In this document: positions 43,408 through 53,474 of the stretch, in pieces
Layout of the letters: each line of letters begins with the position of its first letter
Numbering within the stretch: position 1 is the stretch's first letter
Origin: Acidithiobacillus sp.
GTDB lineage: Bacteria > Pseudomonadota > Gammaproteobacteria > Acidithiobacillales > Acidithiobacillaceae
Direction of reading: 5' to 3'
Length of the DNA stretch: 64,000 nt
Assembly (NCBI GenBank): GCA_041676785.1
Contig: JBAYRF010000004.1
Span: forward strand, 69,584-133,583
Notes under the pieces: model-generated
What the model saw: only the letters and a program-made list of their open reading frames with translations
Database searches by the model: none
What the model was told of the DNA's origin: nothing
Position numbers and translations under genes: made by a program

Positions 43408-43462
43408 AAACGAAAAAACCCGCCAAAGTGTGCATCGTGGAGAGGCATGGCGGGTGTATTGC
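43408..43462 (-). ncRNA. Candidate abiF-type small RNA (hairpin + U-tract) upstream of the Abi gene
   Basis: Minus strand ACCCGCCA-tgcctctccacgatgcacactt-TGGCGGGT-TTTTT, ending about 18 nt before the Abi ATG. Confidence 0.65.
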
Positions 43463-43467
43463 CAAGT

Positions 43468-43496
43468 ATGCTAGTTCGATCCCTGCGCTGCGTCAA
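43468..43496 (-). promoter_or_regulatory. Internal sigma70 promoter driving the hairpin RNA and Abi gene
   Basis: TTGACG (43496-43491)-N17-TAGCAT (43473-43468). Confidence 0.65.
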
Positions 43497-43774
43497 CACG
43501 GGAACGGGCTTATTTTTTGGCGGTATTCCTGAAGTGAGCCGCATTTTTATCATGCCGATAGCCCGCCGATCATGCTTAAAATCCGGTCGGTGCATTGCTT
43601 GAGATCGCTTTTCTTTGAGCAGTTCGATCAACCGCTGCTGCTCGGCCTCCAGTGCATCAATCTTCAAAGTCTCGTGGTCAATTTGACGCTTAAATGGCTC
43701 GACGCTCCAATGCGCCGGTACCTCGCCCAGCCATTCCACGCCGCTGTCTTTGTATTCGGGATAACGCGGGAAAC

Positions 43775-44428
43775 TCATGCGTTCTCTCCGGTGTCGGCGG
43801 CTTCGCCCGCATCTTGCAGGTAAAACTCATGTAACTTGCTTTGCAGCAGCGCTTTGTCGGGCAACTGCGTGGCGTAGGCGGCAATCAGCGCGGGTGAGGC
43901 GGTGCGGCTCAGGGCGTATTCGACCACCTCGTCGTCTTTGCTGGCGCACAGCAGTACGCCAATGGCTGGGTTTTCATGCGGCTTTTTGGCATCGCGGTCC
44001 AAGGCCTCCAGATAAAACGACAACTTGCCGAGGTATTCGGGTTCAAAGCGGCCGACCTTGAGTTCAAAAGCCACCAAGCAGTTCAGACCCCGGTGGAAGA
44101 ACAATAGATCCAGCGCAAAATCACGCCCGCCCACTTGCACCGGAAACTCGGAGCCGACAAAACAGAAGTCGCGACCCAGTTCAATCAAAAAGGCTTTGAG
44201 TTTGGTCAACAGGCCCTGGTGCAGGTCGCGTTCGCTGTGGCCTTCGGGCAGTCCGAGAAATTCGATCATGTAGGCGTCTTTGAAGATTTGCAGTGCCTGC
44301 GGGTGGGTTTGTCTCACCACTGGTGAGACTTTTACCGGACTGAGCACTACGCGCTCAAACAAAGCGGCTTTGAGCTGACGCTCCAGCGCAAAACTGTCTG
44401 CGGATGCTGGGTCGGGCAGCGTGTTCAT
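43775..44428 (-). pseudogene. DUF1016 / YhcG PD-(D/E)xK nuclease with most of the N-terminal domain deleted in frame
   Basis: 14 N-terminal residues joined to LERQ...FER...KDAY..EFL; GRDFCFVG, DLLFFH, FELK, GKLSFYL, ENPAIGVLLC. Confidence 0.8.
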
Positions 44429-46179
44429 GCGGTGAGCCCTTGGATCATGCGCAGGATGTTGTCGGTCACGCCTTTCAGTTCGGCATCAATCTCTGCCAAT
44501 GGGCGCGGCGGTTTGAACACGTAAAAATGGCGGTTGAACGGAATCTCGTAGCCGATTTTGGTTTTGTCGGGGTCGATCCAGGCATCGGGCGCGTGGGGCA
44601 GCACTTCGCGCGCAAAGTAGGTTGCTACGTTTTCACTGAGCGGCACGTTTTCGGTGTCCCGCAGGGATGTATCTGCCACAGGTTTGCCTTTGGCTTTGCC
44701 CTTGGTGGCCAGCACGATGTTGCCGGCTTCATCGCGCTGCGGGCGCTCGATGGTGATGCTGCGGTAGCCAAAATCCTCATTCTTGAAAATGCGGCTGATG
44801 GGGGTGTTGATGCCGTCCACGTCCTGACTGACTTCTGCAAACTGTCCAAACAGCCGGGTGATTTCGTCGATATGTTCTGGACTGAGTTCGCGGCGTTTGC
44901 TGCCGAGGCTTTTGCGCATTTTTTGCCAAAAGCGACTGGCATCAATCAATTGTACTTTGCCTTTGCGCGCGGCGGCTTTGCGATTGCTGACAATCCAGAC
45001 ATAAGTACTGATACCGGTGTTATAAAACATATCCGTGGGCAGGCTGATGATGGCCTCGACCAGATCATTTTCCAGCATGTAGCGGCGAATTTCGCTTTCA
45101 CCCGAACCCGCGCCGCCAGTGAACAGCGGCGAACCGTTGAGCACGATACCAAAGCGGCTGCCGCCATCCACGGCGGGGCGCATTTTGGCTACAAGGTGCA
45201 ATAAAAACAGCAGCGAGCCATCGCTCACGCGCGGCAGGCCGGGGCCAAAGCGGCCATTAAAACCCATTTGTTCGGCTTCTTTGCGAATCTCTTTTTCGAT
45301 TTTCTTCCATTCCACGCCAAAGGGCGGATTGGAGAGCATGTAGTCAAAATGTTTGCCGTATAAACCGTCGGCGGATAGGGTATTGCCGAAGATGATGTTG
45401 GCGATGTCTTGCCCTTTGATGAGCATGTCGGCCTTGCAGATGGCGTAGGATTCGGGGTTGAGTTCCTGCCCGTACATCACCAAGCGCGCATCGGGGTTGA
45501 GGCTGGTGAGATGCGCATCGGCCACGCTCAACATGCCGCCGGTGCCCGCTGTGGGGTCATAGAGCGAGCGCACCACGCCGGGTTTGGTGAGTGCTTCGTC
45601 ATCTTCAATAAACAGCAGATTCACCATCAGCCGGATGACTTCGCGCGGGGTGAAGTGTTCGCCTGCGGTTTCATTCGAGAGTTCGGCAAACTTACGGATC
45701 AGTTCCTCAAATACGCTGCCCATTTCTTCATTGCTGACGGCATCGGGGTGCAGATCAATATGGGCGAATTTTTCGGTGACGAGATACAGCAATCCCGCCT
45801 TGGCGAGCTTGTCGATTTGGGTGTGAAACTCAAAACGCTCGAAAATATCCCGCACTTCCGGCGAGAACGCTTGCAAGTAAGCCCGCAGGTTTTCGCCAAT
45901 GTGATCCTGATCGCCCATGAGCTTTTTTAAATCCAACGGCGAGGTATTAAAAAAGAGCTGTTGGGACGCGCGCCGCAAGAAGGGCTCGGGGTTGATGCCC
46001 GCCTTCTCACGCTGCGCCAATTCGGCCAGCACGGCAGGCTTGGTGGCTTCCAACACGCAATCTAATCGGCGCAACACCGTAAAAGACAGAATGACTTTGC
46101 CATACTCCGATTGCTTGTAATCACCACGCAGCAGATCTGCTACGGACCAGATAAAAGGGGATAGATTCGCGTTGGACAT
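44425..46179 (-). CDS. hsdM: Type I R-M methyltransferase subunit
   Basis: [33 protein letters not shown] (m6A), MFYNTGI. Confidence 0.97.
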   Translation of the reverse strand: MSNANLSPFIWSVADLLRGDYKQSEYGKVILSFTVLRRLDCVLEATKPAVLAELAQREKAGINPEPFLRRASQQLFFNTSPLDLKKLMGDQDHIGENLRAYLQAFSPEVRDIFERFEFHTQIDKLAKAGLLYLVTEKFAHIDLHPDAVSNEEMGSVFEELIRKFAELSNETAGEHFTPREVIRLMVNLLFIEDDEALTKPGVVRSLYDPTAGTGGMLSVADAHLTSLNPDARLVMYGQELNPESYAICKADMLIKGQDIANIIFGNTLSADGLYGKHFDYMLSNPPFGVEWKKIEKEIRKEAEQMGFNGRFGPGLPRVSDGSLLFLLHLVAKMRPAVDGGSRFGIVLNGSPLFTGGAGSGESEIRRYMLENDLVEAIISLPTDMFYNTGISTYVWIVSNRKAAARKGKVQLIDASRFWQKMRKSLGSKRRELSPEHIDEITRLFGQFAEVSQDVDGINTPISRIFKNEDFGYRSITIERPQRDEAGNIVLATKGKAKGKPVADTSLRDTENVPLSENVATYFAREVLPHAPDAWIDPDKTKIGYEIPFNRHFYVFKPPRPLAEIDAELKGVTDNILRMIQGLTA

Positions 46180-46307
46180 GGGAGGGGTTGTTACCCATTC
46201 AAGTGAGAGATGATTGACCAAATACCTGCGTTAGATAGTCACCCAGTATCTTTGACGTAAGTCCTTTAGGCAACTCCAAGGGAGAATGCTTGCGGTCGAT
46301 AGACTGG

Positions 46308-46326
46308 ATACTGTATAAATATATAG
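46308..46326. promoter_or_regulatory. LexA (SOS)-box-like site, identical to the umuD box
   Basis: ATACTGTATAAATATATAG; CTGT-N8-ATAG is one mismatch from CTGT-N8-ACAG. Confidence 0.65.
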
Positions 46327-46396
46327 CTACTGGTTATGGCGAGTATTCCGATGCCAAAAGCTCATACAAAGTCCCATAGTTACTGGTCCTAAACAG

Positions 46397-46476
46397 AAAC
46401 GCGATCAATTAGAGATCCTTTGCTCCGTACTGCTGTCTGTATCGACTTTCCCGCTCTGGCGGCAGAGGTGGATCGT
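46397..46476 (+). mobile_element. IS5-family transposase N-terminal remnant (frameshifted)
   Basis: KRDQL / DPLL..IDFPALAAEVDR resembles the IS5 transposase start (DPL..VDFAALAAEVDR). Confidence 0.55.
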
Positions 46477-46478
46477 GA

Positions 46479-47759
46479 TCAGGAGCGTGCTCTCGCTAAA
46501 TCTGACCAGCAAGTGGTATAGCTAGGCGATTTGTTGCCGCGTTTCATGGACCAGTCGCGTTGTCCCTGTAATCCAGCGACGCCCGGTTGCAAGGCGTTAT
46601 GCCCAAAGCGGGTATGGATAGCATCCAGAGTTTTCATCAGCTGATCCGAGCGTATATCGAGCGCTTCGGCGGCAAAGAGATCCCTTTGCTGCTGATGGAC
46701 GGAACGGATCTCCGTCAGATGTACGCCGGCCTTGGCGTAGGCGAACTGGGGACGATAGATGTGGCGAAGTCCGGATAGCGCGGCCTTTATCAATATGCGC
46801 GTATCCTGACTAGGTATAGCGAGCGCGACCGTTTGTGAGGCGTGGTATTGTGGTTTGTCAGGCCGGAAGGGGGTGGTGCGAATATCTATGCGTACTGCGC
46901 CGCATATGGATTCTTGCTGGCGCAATTTTTGGGTAGCTCGAACTGTATAGACGTTGATGGCTTCTGCTAAATCTTCTATCCGGGTGACGGGCCGGCCAAA
47001 AGAACGGGAGGATTGAATCTCTTGTTTGGTGGGTGCGATTTCGGTGAGTGCGATGCAGGATTCTCCCTGCAATTCTCGTATAGTCCGCGCCATCAGGATG
47101 TTGAAGTGCTGACGCATCCAAACAGGATGCGTTTGCTGAAGATCCCAAACGCTTTGTATACCCTGCGAAGCCAGCTTTTCTGTCAGCCTTCGACCCACAC
47201 CCCAGACTTCCGACACCGGAAGATTTTGCAATAAGGTTTGCCGAGTTTGCGTGTTCAGGGATTCCCAATTGCAGACGCCCTGATACTCGGGATATTTTTT
47301 GGCAACATGATTGGCGAGCTTGGCAAGGGTCTTGGTTGCGGCAATACCTACCCCAACTGGTAATCCCAACCATTGCCGGATCTTGAGTCGGGCGGCTTGT
47401 CCTATGCGGGATAAATGCGCTGGTGCAAAACCGCGTAAATCCAGAAAGCATTCGTCGATACTGTAGACTTCTTGAATGGGGCTGAAAGTCGAAAGTATGC
47501 GCATCATGCGATTACTCATATCCGCATACAGTGCATAGTTGCTGGACATGGCAATAATGCCTTCCTGCTGAGCCTGTTTTTGTAATTGAAACCACGGGGT
47601 GCCTATAGCAATACCCAAGGCCTTTACTTCTGCCGAGCGCGCGACGACGCAGCCGTCATTATTGGAAAGCACCACCACGGGCCGCCCTTCCAGATCTGGA
47701 CGAAATACTCGCTCGCAGGACACATAAAAATTGTTGGCATCAATGAGGGCAATAGCCAT
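46479..47759 (-). CDS. umuC: Y-family DNA polymerase V catalytic subunit
   Basis: [31 protein letters not shown]-terminal DUF4113 WSMKR..SPSYTT. Confidence 0.95.
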   Translation of the reverse strand: MAIALIDANNFYVSCERVFRPDLEGRPVVVLSNNDGCVVARSAEVKALGIAIGTPWFQLQKQAQQEGIIAMSSNYALYADMSNRMMRILSTFSPIQEVYSIDECFLDLRGFAPAHLSRIGQAARLKIRQWLGLPVGVGIAATKTLAKLANHVAKKYPEYQGVCNWESLNTQTRQTLLQNLPVSEVWGVGRRLTEKLASQGIQSVWDLQQTHPVWMRQHFNILMARTIRELQGESCIALTEIAPTKQEIQSSRSFGRPVTRIEDLAEAINVYTVRATQKLRQQESICGAVRIDIRTTPFRPDKPQYHASQTVALAIPSQDTRILIKAALSGLRHIYRPQFAYAKAGVHLTEIRSVHQQQRDLFAAEALDIRSDQLMKTLDAIHTRFGHNALQPGVAGLQGQRDWSMKRGNKSPSYTTCWSDLARARS

Positions 47760-47766
47760 GTGAGCC

Positions 47767-48276
47767 TCAGACGCGATGTAATACGCGGGTGACTACGCCC
47801 CAGATGCAAAGCTCTTGTCCTTCATTCAGCACAATATCCGGAAACTCCGGATTCTCGGCGACGAGATGGACGACCGTGTCGATTTGACGTAAACGTTTAA
47901 CGGTTAATTCCCCATTGATGGCCGCTACTACGATTTTGCCATCTACAGGAGTAATCGCCCGATCCACAATGATTTCATCGCCATCAAAAATTCCGGCGTC
48001 GCGCATGGACCAGCCAGTAACGCGCAAAATAAAAGTGGCTTCCTTGTGCTGGATCAGGTGTGTATTCAGATCAATCTGGTTTTCGATATAGTCATCCGCA
48101 GGCGATGGAAACCCAGCAGCAATGCGAGATACCATGAGCGGCAGTGTTCTCTTGCCATGAAGGCGGCCCACGGGCCGTGGTGATGAAGCCATCATGTTCC
48201 AGCGATCCAGTGCGCTTCCAAAGAGATCAAGATCGACAATCGTTGATGTTTTTTGAAGGTTTTTGCGAATGTGCAT
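47767..48276 (-). CDS. umuD: UmuD (S24 autopeptidase)
   Basis: [25 protein letters not shown]; start codon uncertain. Confidence 0.93.
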   Translation of the reverse strand: MHIRKNLQKTSTIVDLDLFGSALDRWNMMASSPRPVGRLHGKRTLPLMVSRIAAGFPSPADDYIENQIDLNTHLIQHKEATFILRVTGWSMRDAGIFDGDEIIVDRAITPVDGKIVVAAINGELTVKRLRQIDTVVHLVAENPEFPDIVLNEGQELCIWGVVTRVLHRV

Positions 48277-48305
48277 GGCATTAGGGGGCGCTCTGTAACT
48301 AAATA

Positions 48306-48324
48306 CTATATATTTATACAGTAT
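48306..48324. promoter_or_regulatory. LexA (SOS) box of umuDC
   Basis: CTATATATTTATACAGTAT, 30 nt upstream of the umuD ORF. Confidence 0.75.
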
Positions 48325-48526
48325 TTCGTCTATCTATGCTATAACTATTCACAAAAGATGCTGTAACGAACGATAAGAAAGGGCACTTCGTCATCGGGCG
48401 TGACGGTATGACGCGCTGGGGGCAGGGAATAGGCACCCAATGCAAATAGCGGCATACGTTTTCAAGTGATTCCTGAAGTTAAAAAACCGCCGAGACTGAA
48501 AGGGATGGTCTCGCTATAATGAGATC

Positions 48527-49012
48527 ATGATAGTCAGTCAATTTGCGATAGTAACTCTCATTAGCTTGGCCATTACCTTGGGCGTTGCGACCACGGGCTC
48601 TTTTTTTCGTCCAGATGCTTGGTACGAGCGCTTACGCAAACCCAGAGGGACGCCGCCGCCCTAGGTTTTTCCATTGGTGTGGACGCTGCTCTACATTCTC
48701 ATGGCCTTTTCAGCGGCTTTGGTGTATCTCAGTCCTGAGAGTTCTTGGCGTGTGGCTGGTTTGATTTTCTATGCATTGCAATTGCTCGCCAACGCGGCAT
48801 GGTCTTGGATATTTTTTAGAAAGCACCAAATTCTTTGGGCGCTGGGCGACTTGATATTGCTGTTATTACTGGTACTGGTCTGTCTGGGGATTTTCGCTAC
48901 GATCAGCGCTACGGCTGCGTGGTTGTTACTACCCTATGTAATCTGGCTTTTAGTTGCCCTTTATTTAAATGCAGCAAGCTGGTGGCTGAATCGAAATAAT
49001 ATAACTTTTTGA
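48527..49012 (+). pseudogene. tspO: TspO/MBR-family protein with a nonsense mutation
   Basis: WYERLRKP.GTPPP*VFPLVWTLLY; TAG at 48662 replaces the conserved Trp; downstream LLANAAWSWIFF is in frame. Confidence 0.85.
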
Positions 49013-49115
49013 GTGTCTGGCTAGAGATCTAAAAACGGTCTAAATTGCCTAATAATTTGTAAAATAATGATTTTATATCATTTTTCTATGCAGCTTGGTA
49101 AAGTCATGGAGTCTT

Positions 49116-49814
49116 ATGCCGATTGCTGAAAGCTACACGATGCAGGTGCAAGATCTGCTTGTGCAGGTCGTGCGTAAGTCCATAAAAAACTTGCATCTCC
49201 GGGTCTATCCGCCGAATGGTGCGGTGCGGGTGACGGCACCTTGGCAGATAACTGAAGAAGCGATTCGTGCTGAAGTGTTAGCCCGACTGACTTGGATCAA
49301 AAAGCATCAACGAAATTTTCAGCAACAAGAGTCTGTTGCTCCGCTGAACTATGTCTCTGGAGAAAAACACTATTATTGGGGAGAGCCCTATTTCCTGCGC
49401 GTCCATCCTGTTGCTCATGCCGGCCATATTCAGTTGCAGGGTCCGAATTTCATGGATTTGTATTGTCGACCAGAGGCTAGTCGTATCAATCGGGAAGCCC
49501 TCGTCGAGGCTTGGCATCGACAGGCCCTGAAAGAGCGCATTCCCGCCCTCATCGCCCATTACGAACCGTTGATGGGCGTCAGAGTGGCTGAATGGGGAGT
49601 GAAACGCATGCGCACCCGTTGGGGAACTTGTAATATTCCTGCGCGCCGTATCTGGCTCAGTTTGGGACTGACTCTGCACCCTGAAATTTGTCTGGAATAT
49701 GTGGTCGTTCACGAAATGGCACATCTCCTCGAACGTCTGCACAATGACCGCTTTAAAGCGATCCTCGACCGCACCATGCCCGACTGGCGCCGAGTGAGAA
49801 GCCAGCTCCGATAA
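49116..49814 (+). CDS. YgjP / DUF45 (M48-like) zinc metallopeptidase-family protein
   Basis: RKSIKNLHLRV, GEKHYYWG, RWGTCN, YVVVHEMAHL...HNDRF. Confidence 0.9.
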   Translation: MPIAESYTMQVQDLLVQVVRKSIKNLHLRVYPPNGAVRVTAPWQITEEAIRAEVLARLTWIKKHQRNFQQQESVAPLNYVSGEKHYYWGEPYFLRVHPVAHAGHIQLQGPNFMDLYCRPEASRINREALVEAWHRQALKERIPALIAHYEPLMGVRVAEWGVKRMRTRWGTCNIPARRIWLSLGLTLHPEICLEYVVVHEMAHLLERLHNDRFKAILDRTMPDWRRVRSQLR

Positions 49815-50102
49815 TATAAAAATATCAAAAGATACAAGGTAATGGGTATTTCTCTGACCGTGATCCTGTTCCACGCAATCGCTACGGGTGACAATGTTGC
49901 GCCGATTACGGGCTAATGCTTTCCTGACATTCGGCTTTGCCGTATATCAAAACTACCAACGCACGAGACTCCAACGACTTAGCATTGAGGCATTGAGCGG
50001 CAAGTTGTCTTTCATTAAGGATGGAATTATGGCCTTGCCAAAAAAGCTAACAGCGTCTAATTCGCTCGGGCAGCTTACAACCTTTTGGAGATCAATATAA
50101 TT

Positions 50103-50873
50103 ATGAAACGGTTCCTCATCCTTGCAGTATTAGCCATCCCGACAGTTGCCAGTGCGAATAGTCTAACTGCTGGACTGGATAACATTGGCGTTTACGGTCA
50201 GATCGTAGGCACTCCGACCACGCTTTCAGCGACCGTGCCAGGTTATGGTTCAGCAACCGCTTCAGGCGGAAATACCACGGGTGGCATCGGTGTCAGTGCA
50301 ACCGGTATCAATCGACAGCTATGGTTTATGCATTTGGGTTTTAACTACGCTTTTGGACCGGCCATAGATGGTGGTTCCGCGAAATTCACGAGTGCTGACG
50401 GCGTTTCTGAAAGCGGCAGCGGCTCGGCAAACGATCATGGCCACTCCCTGCAGTTCAACGCCCGATTGGGCAAAGCTTTTGAAGTCGCCCATAATGTCAT
50501 TGTTGGTCCCTATATCGGGTATCAGTACGCCAAGTTCTCTCTAGGCCTAGATGGTTATTCAGCAAGCTATGGAAACAATGCCTTCGGAGGTGGTGTATAC
50601 GCAGCCATGGCACCGACTAACCAGATTACGCTGAGTGGTCATATTGGTTATTTGGCGGGTGTTTCAGCAACGGCTACCGGCGCGACCCACACCCCTAGTT
50701 CTGACGTCTTGCAGGTCGGTGCAAAAGCAGATTATCGCTTTGATCCGAACTGGAGCGGTTTTATTGGCGTGGATTACGATAGATATTCAGCCTCTGATCA
50801 AGTAAATGCATCGGTTGGTAGCGTGCACATCAATGATGTGCGTGGCTTGGTAGGCATGGCGTACCACTATTAA
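50103..50873 (+). CDS. Putative outer-membrane beta-barrel protein
   Basis: Signal peptide (MKRFLIL...ASA), alternating hydrophobic beta-strands, C-terminal aromatic GMAYHY. Confidence 0.7.
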   Translation: MKRFLILAVLAIPTVASANSLTAGLDNIGVYGQIVGTPTTLSATVPGYGSATASGGNTTGGIGVSATGINRQLWFMHLGFNYAFGPAIDGGSAKFTSADGVSESGSGSANDHGHSLQFNARLGKAFEVAHNVIVGPYIGYQYAKFSLGLDGYSASYGNNAFGGGVYAAMAPTNQITLSGHIGYLAGVSATATGATHTPSSDVLQVGAKADYRFDPNWSGFIGVDYDRYSASDQVNASVGSVHINDVRGLVGMAYHY

Positions 50874-50878
50874 CCACT

Positions 50879-51090
50879 CTAGTGTTCTAATCTTCGACAC
50901 ATGGTGCTAGTCATACCTTCAAGGCGGATCACCGCCCCGTCAGTCATGCGGATATTTTTATGCCCAGAATTCGTCTGGGCTTATGCTCTCCAATGGCCGG
51001 GGAGGGATCGAAATACAACACCGAAAGGGAATACGATCCGGTGCTCCTTGAACACTGACTAGCCCCTGGCCGCCTGAGTTATTCAGGCAC
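50879..51090 (+). ncRNA. Phage/satellite immunity-type structured RNA leader (C4/CI-like) with upstream complementary targets
   Basis: Nested stems GGCCGGGG/CCCTGGCC and GGATCG/CGATCC with a GAAA loop; bulge CCTTGAA-cac-TGACTAGC complementary to upstream GCTAGTCA-tacc-TTCAAGG. Confidence 0.6.
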
Positions 51091-51109
51091 TTAAACAGAG
51101 GGCTTAATC

Positions 51110-51347
51110 ATGGAACAGAAAATCGTAACCGAAAATATGACGCTATGGGATGCAGTACGGGCCGAGCGCAACGCACTAGGAGATTATCGCGGTATTATTG
51201 CCGACGATAAACACTATATCGCGCCACCTACCGACGAATGGAAAGAATACCGCAGCACCCGTATCGCCAAAGCTGGATGCGGAACTTCAGGAAGGCCAAA
51301 AGGCAAAAATAAAGGCCCAAGCGAAATGCTCAAGCCTTTGATTTTAT
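51110..51347 (+). pseudogene. Truncated hypothetical ORF behind the RNA leader; reads into the tRNA-Pro end
   Basis: ATG at 51110 after GAGGG; the frame continues into antisense tRNA sequence, so the true 3' end is lost or unclear. Confidence 0.4.
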
Positions 51348-51424
51348 TGGTCGGGGCGATAGGATTCGAACCTACGACATCCTGCTCCCAAAGCAGGCGC
51401 GCTACCAAGCTGCGCTACGCCCCG
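51348..51424 (-). tRNA. tRNA-Pro(TGG)
   Basis: CGGGGCGTAGCGCAGCTTGGTAGCGCG, CCTGC-TTTGGGA-GCAGG, GTTCGAATC, CCA. Confidence 0.97.
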
Positions 51425-51458
51425 TCGCCGCAGAGAATAGCCTCTCGCCCCTCTGCGG

Positions 51459-51818
51459 TCAATCTAAACGAGAGAGTTTGCGACGCAGGCGATCCAGCTC
51501 GCTGCGAGCAAGCGCTATACCGTCGTTCAAACGCTGACGTTCCTTGTCGCTGAGCTCCCTACCTTTTTGCACGAGCTCTTCACTGTATATGGCGATGGTA
51601 TCCAGTAATTCTTCGACGCGCTCATTCATGTGCTCTCGCGAGGTAACGACTCGATCCCATGCGCGGTTTGCTTGATGGCGTAACTGTTCGCGAGTGCGTT
51701 CACCCGTTTGTGGTGCAAATAGTAGTGCTGCAACGGCACCTGCCGCCGCACCGGCCAGCAAAGCGGCACCTAAGGCGCTATAACCGATACTGCGGTCGTT
51801 ATCGTCGTAATCCATCAT
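51459..51818 (-). CDS. YtxH-domain protein
   Basis: GAAAGAVAALLFAPQTGERTR motif plus coiled tail. Confidence 0.85.
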   Translation of the reverse strand: MMDYDDNDRSIGYSALGAALLAGAAAGAVAALLFAPQTGERTREQLRHQANRAWDRVVTSREHMNERVEELLDTIAIYSEELVQKGRELSDKERQRLNDGIALARSELDRLRRKLSRLD

Positions 51819-51833
51819 AATGAGACTCCTTCA

Positions 51834-53474
<1,641 letters not shown>

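Larger units (their letters stand above)
43395..43778 (-). pseudogene. hsdS: hsdS stub: conserved N-terminus fused to the central conserved helix, TRDs deleted, read-through tail
   Basis: MSFPRYPEYKDSGVEWLGEVPAHW..FK + DHETLKIDAL..QQRLIELLKEKR, then non-HsdS sequence across the promoter/RNA. Confidence 0.85.
42712..43781. repeat. 75-bp direct repeat (42712-42786 / 43707-43781, 72/75 identical) and 27-bp identical repeat (42182-42208 / 43609-43635) shared by hsdS and the hsdS stub
   Basis: Direct sequence comparison by eye. Confidence 0.9.
37658..51347. mobile_element. Accessory / genomic island between convergent tRNA-Ser and tRNA-Pro; no integrase seen
   Basis: Bounded by two tRNA 3' ends; carries R-M, Abi, umuDC, an IS remnant, pseudogenes and a phage-like RNA leader. 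Confidence 0.7.

Noticed and set aside
44404-45930. Plus-strand ORFs 44404-45204 and 45409-45930
   Set aside because: Antisense shadows of hsdM
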